A stretch of DNA of 64,000 bases from Octopus vulgaris. Its lineage: Eukaryota. The stretch covers positions 10,912,001 through 10,976,000 of the forward strand of contig OX597831.1 in the NCBI GenBank assembly GCA_951406725.2, written 5' to 3'. The notes below the pieces were generated by a model, which saw only the letters and a program-made list of their open reading frames with translations, had not been told where the DNA came from and ran no database searches. Every line of letters starts with the position of its first letter. Within the stretch, counting starts at the first letter, position 1. This document shows positions 55,828 through 64,000 of this stretch, piece after piece. Made by a program: the position numbers and the translations under genes.

Positions 55828-56142
55828 GTTGTGTCGTTTGTTCCTTCTCAAGCCATGCCTGGTTTCATAACGGCCGGTTTCCCGGTTTCATTGCTGTATA
55901 AGTCCCCCACCCCATGGACGGGACGCCGGTCCGTCGCAGGTGAGCTGCAAGACGCAGGAGAAAAGAGTGGGAGAAATTTGTGGCGAAAGGTTCAGCAGCA
56001 GTTCGCCATTGCCTTCTGCCAGGGCCGTGTGGAGCTTAGGTATTTTGCTCATAAGCACACACATCACCCGGTATGAGATTCGAACCCGCGATCCTTCGAC
56101 CGCCAGTCCGCTGCTCTAACCACTAGGCTATGTGCATCCACA
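55828..56142 (-). mobile_element. SINE family D with well-preserved tRNA-derived head
   Basis: Minus strand tagcctagtggttagagc (A-box) ... gggttcgaatctc (B-box), followed by a non-tRNA body; second copy at 11810-12161. Confidence 0.8.
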
Positions 56143-56737
56143 GGGCAACATTTATACCGTAAATTCAAAAGTGGAATGGAATCCAGCTCTGAGGATCACA
56201 TACGCATAACTTACTCTAAAAGTCAATGTAGCCATGAGGCGGGTGTAGAATAAGTTGTAGTGAGAAATCTAAAATTTGATGGTAATATTGTGTTCCTGGA
56301 GATATAGAATAATATCAGCCAGAACCAATTTTAGTATTGTGCCTTTCAAGTAGTGATTGTGGAATATTATATGAAGATCTTATCGAGAATAGAAATATTT
56401 TTTTGAAAAATCAATAAGTTACTTTAAGGAAAAAAATACTGCGATTGCTGTGGAGATGATAAAATGGATATTGAATCTATCTCAGAGTCTTAGAGTTCTT
56501 CATTTTTGAATGTTATTTAATTTTTTTTTTTGTAACGTTCCATAGTACATAGAGCCTTTTATTCAATTCATATACTTAAGGTCTGAATAACTAAGTCCAT
56601 TAGTTTATTGATCACAAGATCAATTTGATTTAGTTCAATATATCTGTGTGTGTCTCTCTCTAACTATCAATCATATATACATATATATATATGCATATAT
56701 ATATGTATATGTATATATATATACATATATATATGCA

Positions 56738-56768
<31 letters not shown>

Positions 56769-56769
56769 G

Positions 56770-56807
<38 letters not shown>

Positions 56808-56934
56808 GGTCCCGGGTTGATTCGGGGTTAACCACAGTAAATAAGGTACTCAATACATAGCAGAGTAAAATTAATTTCCTGAAGATTTCTCTTGAATGAA
56901 ACAGTTCTAGTCCTGTAGAAGCTCCTTCTATATA

Positions 56935-57013
<79 letters not shown>

Positions 57014-57404
57014 TACTCGCTCACATACACTTATATATGTATAGATATATATATATATATATATATATACCACATAGATGTGGTATATATATAAACATAA
57101 TTGCGCTGAGGGAGGTAACTCAAATAAACCAATGGCCAGGTTTGAGATAAATCAAGTTGATGTGAATTGTTGAAGTGAATGACACAGGGAAAAGTTTCCT
57201 GGTTAATTAACATATTCTTTTTTCACCCTCCAAAAAGGAAAAAAAATAATAATTCGTAAATACGCATATGTGGGTGTGAATAAATACATGTGTGCCTGTG
57301 TGAGTGTGTGCGTGTGTGTGTGTGTATTGCTGACGTCATGTCAAATTATAAAATTTCAAGCGTGGTTACACACACACACAAACACACACATAAATTATTC
57401 CTTT

Positions 57405-57916
57405 GTTCTTTTATTCATTTCAGTCATTTGACTGCGGCCATTCTGGAGCACCGCCGTCAGTCGAACAAATCAACCCCAGGAGTTATTATTTGTAGGCCTA
57501 GTATATATTCTATCGGTCTCTTTGACCAAAAAGCTAAGTTACGGGAACGTAAACACACCAACATCGGTTGTCAAGCGATTGTAGGGGGACTAACCCCAAA
57601 ACACAAGCATACATATATATACATATGCTTATTCCATCGTTCTCTTTTGCCGAACTGCTAAGTAACGGGGACGTAAACACACCAACACATGTCGTTAAGT
57701 GGTGTTGTGGGGGACAAATACAGACACACATAGATATATATAAATATATATACGACGGGCTTCTTTCAGTTTCTGTTTACCAAATCCACTTACAAGGCTT
57801 TTGGTCGGTCCGAAGCAATAGTAGAAGACACTCGCCCAAGGTGCCACGCAGTGTGACTGAACCTGGAACTATGAGGTTGGGAAGCAAGCTTCTTACCACA
57901 CAGCCACGCCTGCACC
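57405..57916 (-). mobile_element. SINE family B with internal tandem duplication
   Basis: The body segment (tattc...acgtaaacacaccaaca...) occurs twice, at about 57505-57628 and 57629-57750. Confidence 0.8.
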
Positions 57917-57976
<60 letters not shown>

Positions 57977-58225
57977 AAAAAGGAGATGTGGAACACGAGT
58001 TGTGATATATAAAAAAGGAAATGAAGAAAATGCTGACAAAATAATTTAAGTAATTTAAGTAATTTAATTAGGTGAAAGTTCTTTTTACCGGTTGCGCATT
58101 TGTTATGCTTATCAAAAGATAATTTTTTTAAGAGAGATAGAGTTCTTTTCTGATAGATGTTTTCCTCTTAAATTACTTAAATTATTTTGTCAGCATTTTC
58201 TTCATTTCCTTTTTTATATATATAT

Positions 58226-58588
58226 ACTCTTTACTCTTTTACTCTTTTACTTGTTTCAGTCATTTGACTGCGGCCATGCTGGAGCATCGCCTTTAGTCGA
58301 GTAAATCGACCCCGGGACTTATTCTTTGTAAGCCCAGTACTTATTCTATCGGTCTCTTTTTGCCGAACCGCTCGGTGACGGGGACGTAAACACACCAGCA
58401 TCGCTAGGGGGGCAAACACACACACATATATACGACAGGCTTCTTTCAGTTTCCGTCTACCAAATCCACTCACAAGGCATTGGTCGGCCCGGGGCTATAG
58501 CAGAAGACACTTGCCCAAGATGCCACGCAGTAGGACTGAACCCGGAACCATGTGGTTGGTTAGCAAGCTACTTACCACAGAGCCACAG
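58226..58588 (-). mobile_element. SINE family B, young copy
   Basis: Near-identical to the 16205 and 30922 copies; (GTAAAAGA)3 tail. Confidence 0.9.
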
Positions 58589-58956
58589 GTGAAATATTTG
58601 GATATATTTCTTCCGGCTGGTTTATCTTCTGAGTTCAAATCACACCGAGGTCGAATTTGTTTTCATGTTTCTGGGTCGATACCTTATACATACATACATA
58701 CATATATATATAATGATTCAGCTAATTTACTATCTCAAATTATCTTTATGGTTTTACCTGTGTGTGTGGTGGGAAGGGGCAAATACACGCACAAAGACAC
58801 TTAGGCACGGACTTCTTTCGGTTTTCGTCTACCAAATTCACTCGCAGTACTTTGGTCAGCCTGAGGTTATAAGTAAACATTTGCCCAAACATTTGCAGTG
58901 TGCTTGAACCCTGAACCCTGTAGTTGGGAAGCAAGCCTCCTACCAAGCAGTTCACG

Positions 58957-59018
<62 letters not shown>

Positions 59019-59128
59019 TATATATATATATCTATATATATCTTCTATATATATATATATATATATATCTACATATATCTACATATATACACATATATAA
59101 ACATATATATAAACATATATATATACAC

Positions 59129-59181
<53 letters not shown>

Positions 59182-59216
59182 GCATGTGTGTGTGTGTGTG
59201 TATATATACATACACA

Positions 59217-59253
<37 letters not shown>

Positions 59254-59990
59254 ATGCGCGTGGCGAAATTGAAATTTTTCTAAACGTTAGAATGTCTGTC
59301 TGAGGAAAACAATTAATTTTTTTTTTCCATTTTTTTTTTTATGCTTGGTGGGTGAGAATTATTGAACAACGAGCAAGAATTATTGTTTTACATTGATTGA
59401 AAATATCATCGTTCTTCATAATCGACTTTTCAAAAAATACAGAAAAAAAATCAAACAAACAAACAGAAAATGAATAAATAAAATTTTCAAGCAAAATAAA
59501 AAAAAATAAAATAAAAATGCTAATTATATTTCCTCATTCATTCCATCTTCTTTCTCTTTTCCCTCTTTTTTTTTTCTTTTTTTCATTGAATTATTGTGTT
59601 TATTTCTTCTGCAAAAGATGGATGCATATAGATTCTTGATAATAAAGACAGAAAGAAAAAGAAAATGAAAAATGAAAAAAAAAAACTCATTTGCAATGCC
59701 AGTCGTTGACGTAGCATGGCAGCCATTGAATTTGACACTTGCAGCAAAAGGAAGAAGTCAGCTAATCTCGAAGACAATACAAGCAAGGCCAGGAATTAGT
59801 TAAAGCTGACATTATCAGAGATGGTTTGACTTCGTTGAAACTAAGAGAGTCATTATTATTTATGGAACGAGCTTTCAACAATTCCAAAGGAGACACTTTC
59901 TCTTTCTCCTTCCTCTCCCCCTCTTGCTCTTATTTACTCACCGCCTCTTTGCCTCATGATCTCTCTCTCTCTCTCTCTCTCAATCACTTT

Positions 59991-60490
59991 TTCTCTGTCA
60001 TTTTCTCTCTCCTTCTTACACTTTTCCTCTCTTTCGTATTATTTATTTCCTTCTCTTTTTCCTCACATTCTTTCTCTCTTTATCTCGCTCTTTCTTCTAA
60101 GTCTTTCACATTATCTCTCCCTACCTTTCTCTATTCCTCTCTTTCTTTCTCTGTCATTTTCTCTCTCCTTCTCACAATTTTCGTCTCTTTCTTATTATTT
60201 ATTTCCATCTCTTTTACCTCTCATTCTTTCTCTCTCTCTCTCTCTCTCTAACTCTTTCTTCTGTTCCTTTCACGTTATCTCTCCCTTCCTTTCTCTATTT
60301 CTCTCTTTCTTTCTCTGTCATTTTCTCTCTCCTTCTCACAATTTTTGTCTCTTTCTTATTATTTATTTCCATCTCTTTTTTCTCACATTCTTTCTCTCTC
60401 TCTCTCTAACTCTTTCTTCTGTTCCTTTCACGTTATCTCTCCCTTCCTTCTTCTATTTCTCTATTTCTCTCTTCCCCTCTCTCTCTCTCT
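59991..60490. repeat. Pyrimidine-rich minisatellite, three units of ~160 bp
   Basis: ttctctgtcattttctctctccttct recurs at 59991, 60147 and 60311. Confidence 0.85.
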
Positions 60491-60851
60491 CTCTCATTTT
60501 CTCTTTCCTTCACTTATTTGTGTCTTTTCACTTTCTTTGGTAATAGAAAGAAAAATAAAGACGCAGAAAAACTCATCTCTTTTGTATTATAATTGAGGAT
60601 TTGAAAGACACTCTTTATTTAATCTCTCATATCCTTGTCGCTTGGGTTTGATGTCAAAGGAAAAACACAAACGCCAGAGACGTTATTGTTTAATTAAAAC
60701 AACAAACACAAAACTAATACAACACTTGTTCGTCATTTGAAATTATTTTCAAATGAGATGCAGAAAACAACTTTTCTGCTGCAATTTTACTATTATTAAT
60801 GCATCCATTCACAATTGTTTTTGAGTGTATGCGTATTTACATACGTGTGAA

Positions 60852-61120
60852 TGCGCGTGGCTTACATATTAGGGTCTTTGGTTCACGATCGTAAGGTCAT
60901 GGGTTCGATCCGCGGCGATGCGTTGGGTCCTTGCGCGAGATAATTTATTTCACGTTTCGTCAGTTCGCTCAGGTGACAAAACTGAGTTGTACCTGTAATT
61001 AGAAGGAGCAGCTTTGTCAAATGCTGTGTCACATCGAAACGCATTCGGAACTACATTAAGAGTAGGCGTGTCTGCGCAGTGCCCGGTGACGTGAAGGTTA
61101 ATTTCACCAGCAGGATGTTC
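60852..61120 (+). mobile_element. tRNA-headed SINE (family C-like head)
   Basis: cacgatcgtaaggtcatgggttcgatcc B-box; related heads at 16671, 54283 and 63614. Confidence 0.6.
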
Positions 61121-61797
61121 CTCTCCTAGAGAGATGTTCTGACAATATGTAGGGGTTTCCATCACTCCTGGTGTCTTTATTACTTGTTAATCCAAGCATA
61201 GCTGGAGCCCTGACAGGTGTTTGTACTCCGAGGGTGAGTGTAGACCTGAGAATAACAGTCGCTGAGGTGTTTCCTCCACCCTCAAAACCTTGGAGCTCCT
61301 GAACCAGGTCCCCACACCTGGAAGATTAAATTTATACCCAGGACAGCTCATATACACAGAGACAGACAGACGTGTGTCCGTTTCGAATGAGACGATGTTG
61401 TTGAGAATGAAGAAACAATAGACTATTTCGGCGTATTTGCTCTTATGAAAATAAAATTAACGGCCAGAAGTTTTCTTTATGAAACCAGTTATGATAATGA
61501 AGTCTGCAGCAGTATAATCGTATTTCCAAATAGATTTCAATAACTCGCACGTCTCCGTTAAATGTCGTCATATTGCGCCAAAACGGAGAGTAATCATATA
61601 ATATACATTATGTACCGAATTATATTGTAAGAAATATGACCAGTCGTTCATATACTCTATATTGTCTCTACGGTATGCGGTTGCCATTAGTACAGGCTGG
61701 CTAACGGAAATCAAATATGAATTAATAACACGCATTTATATAGTTATGAGTATAGATACGTATGTGTGTCTGTATGTCTGGAGAGAGGGAGATGTGG

Positions 61798-61866
<69 letters not shown>

Positions 61867-62239
61867 GTAGTTTTATTTTTATAGCGTGCTTTCATTTCAC
61901 TACCGAGCGCAGCTCTGTGTGCCTTGGGTATGTGTTGTGATTTGTTGTAGACCTCTGATTGTTACTGTATTGAAAGTGTTCTGCGTAGGATGTGTGCAGT
62001 GCCCAGTGGTGAAATTTTCTGTATGTCATATGTGTTTGTAAGTCCTGGTGTTTTTGTTATGTATTTGTCTGAATATTTTTTAGCTTACCTAATGCGCCTA
62101 CTATGATAGGAATTGTTTCTGTTTTTAGATTCCACATTCGAGTTACCTCTATTTCCAGGTCTTTGTATTTTGTAAGTTTCTCCATTTCTTTTAGGGACAC
62201 GTTGTCATCTGCTGGTATTGATAGATCAATTAGAAAGTA

Positions 62240-62242
<3 letters not shown>
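61867..62242 (-). mobile_element. Dong/R4-clade LINE 3' fragment (restriction-like endonuclease C-terminus) within (TAA)n
   Basis: Translation [51 protein letters not shown] [frameshift] ...IQKISPLGTAHILRRTLSIQ*. (ATT)n on both flanks. Confidence 0.88.
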
Positions 62243-62304
<62 letters not shown>

Positions 62305-62565
62305 GTCGCTGTTGCTGTTGTTGTTGTTGTTGTTGTTGTCATCGTTATTTCGCCCGTCGTTGTCGAAGATGGCCAAGAACATCACGCGAGGGAAGATGGG
62401 TTGTGGCCGGCTGTGGCCGATCCATTCGAGGCGAGTTCAGAAAGCTCTGTTGCAGGCCAGGCCCTGTTGGTCTGCTGGTGCTGAAGGCAACGAGCTGGTT
62501 CTGGATTTGCGTTGTTCGTGCCTTTTTTTCTGCCCCTGAAATCCTGTTCTGTTCGTAGGGGCAAG
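62305..62565 (-). mobile_element. RTE-BovB-like LINE 3' fragment
   Basis: Broken translation YEQNRISGAEK..EQRKSR...ACNRAF..R..WIGHSR. 3' UTR catcttcgacaacgacgggcgaa and a (CAA)n tail. Confidence 0.65.
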
Positions 62566-63187
62566 TTTTTCGGTCTTTCGTATGAGCTTGTCAGTATAGT
62601 AGTAATACTAACTTTTCCGTAAATCAGATTTTTGGCAAATTTCCAAACAGAAAAATATTTGGTAGAGCATTTAGTGGAATATATGTCATCAAGAATATTT
62701 AAGTCTATTCCAGAGCCAGAGAGCGCATGGTGTCCTCAAGAAAAGCACTTAATTTCACAGTGTTGCAGTCCAATCAGCTGAAAACACGTATCCACAGTTA
62801 CGAGAGGTAACCGTATGACAAACCGGCGTTCTGTCCAGGTTGAATCTCATTAGATTAATACTTTTAATAATACTAGAAACCGCCCATTGCATTATTTTCC
62901 GGTTTAAGTGGTTATACGGATTGCAATTAATATTTTAAATGCAAACACGTCTGAAACCACTTTGTTATCCCCTTGACTAAAATCATGATTCTGTTTCTTA
63001 ACAGAATTTACTCAAGCCAGTGATTTCTCTTCTGCTGCAGCTTAAACGTCTTCGCCCTATCTGTTCTTAATCTTCAGCTTTTGGTATCCAGTCTTCTCTC
63101 TGTTAAAGATCCGGTTCTTTTTATTGGTTGCAGATGTGTCTGTAAACTCGGTTTGCAAACAGCACGCTTCATGACATCACATCCTAG

Positions 63188-63420
63188 TATACCTATTTCT
63201 TTATTACCCACAAGGGGCTAAACACAGAGGGGACAAACAAGGACAGAAATAGTTATTAAGTCGATTATATCGACCCCAGTGCGTAACTGGTACTTATTTA
63301 ATCGACCCCGAAAGGATGAAAAGCAAAGTCGACCTCGGCGGAATTTGAACTCACAACGTAACGACAGACGAAGTACGGCTACGCATTTCGCCCGGCGTGC
63401 TAACGTTTCTGCCAGCTCGT
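63188..63420 (-). mobile_element. SINE family A, tail A
   Basis: Reverse complement of the 10197 and 55587 copies. Confidence 0.88.
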
Positions 63421-63613
63421 GGTAACGCCACTTCTCACATACAGTGGGTTTTAGTTGGGATTTGTTTTAATCCGCTGATCCATCAGAAATGGCTGCCTAA
63501 AGTCACTAGTTTTACAAGTCAGTTAAAGTCCTTGTACGATGCCACATATCGGCAGTCACTTAAACTGACTCCAATTCTTGATTTTATTAACAGAGTTATG
63601 GATCAGAGCTACG

Positions 63614-63900
63614 GAGGTGTGTGGCTTAGCAGCTAAAGTGCTGCACTCACGATCATCATAAAATCGTGGTTTCGACTCCCATACCTGATGCTGCGTTCCG
63701 TTTTTGAGTAGAAACACTCCATTAATTCACGCTACTCCAGTTTATTCAGCTGGGAAGTTAAACCTGCGACGGACTGGCGACACATCCAGTGGAGAGTGTT
63801 GTAGTCCCAATCACTATGGAAACCAAATAAAGCTCCGATTTTATGAGTTCAAGGGCTCAGCACAGACCCCTACAGATGTAGAATTAGCTACGATGATCCA
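63614..63900 (+). mobile_element. tRNA-headed SINE, family C-like, degenerate
   Basis: Head tggcttagc...gtttcgactcc; cctgcgacggactggc block shared with 16820. Confidence 0.55.
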
Positions 63901-64000
63901 CCTTTTCCCACATCCTTCCTTAGAAGCACCTCTATATTTCAGATCAAACCGAAGCGAATATTTGCACAGTTCTGTCCGTTGAGATAAACACCAGGTATTA

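Noticed and set aside
56067-56140. tRNA gene candidate (good A and B boxes)
   Set aside because: The acceptor stem does not pair and the sequence continues into a SINE body also seen at 11810-12161.
61148-61360. Possible solo LTR on the minus strand (TATA, AATAAA, ...ctaca end)
   Set aside because: No matching 5' terminus, TSD or second copy visible.

Overview
AT-rich, microsatellite-saturated eukaryotic DNA with no host protein-coding exon that I can support. The repeat content looks like a coleoid cephalopod, probably Octopus; this is inferred from recognising the repeats, not from a search. The window is almost entirely transposable-element debris. It holds a young CR1/L2-group LINE ORF2 (APE endonuclease plus RT, only two lesions) and 3' fragments of a second CR1-group LINE, a Dong/R4 LINE, an RTE-BovB LINE and other RTE LINEs. 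It also holds two mariner relics, a rearranged DD41D element, hAT MITEs, a Helentron-type element and at least four tRNA-headed SINE families. Most ORF-track entries are microsatellite artefacts. The most interesting signals are RNA-level. (1) A 3' recognition stem-loop is shared, with compensatory changes, by two LINEs and a SINE. (2) Penelope-type minimal hammerhead ribozymes occur, one in a possible tRNA-headed composite element and several with a variant core. (3) SINE-into-SINE insertions carry unusually long target duplications. (4) A (TAA)n-embedded non-coding element sits near a Dong/R4 relic. (5) There is a ~520 bp near-perfect SINE palindrome. (6) A YY1-motif-rich segment is a candidate promoter.
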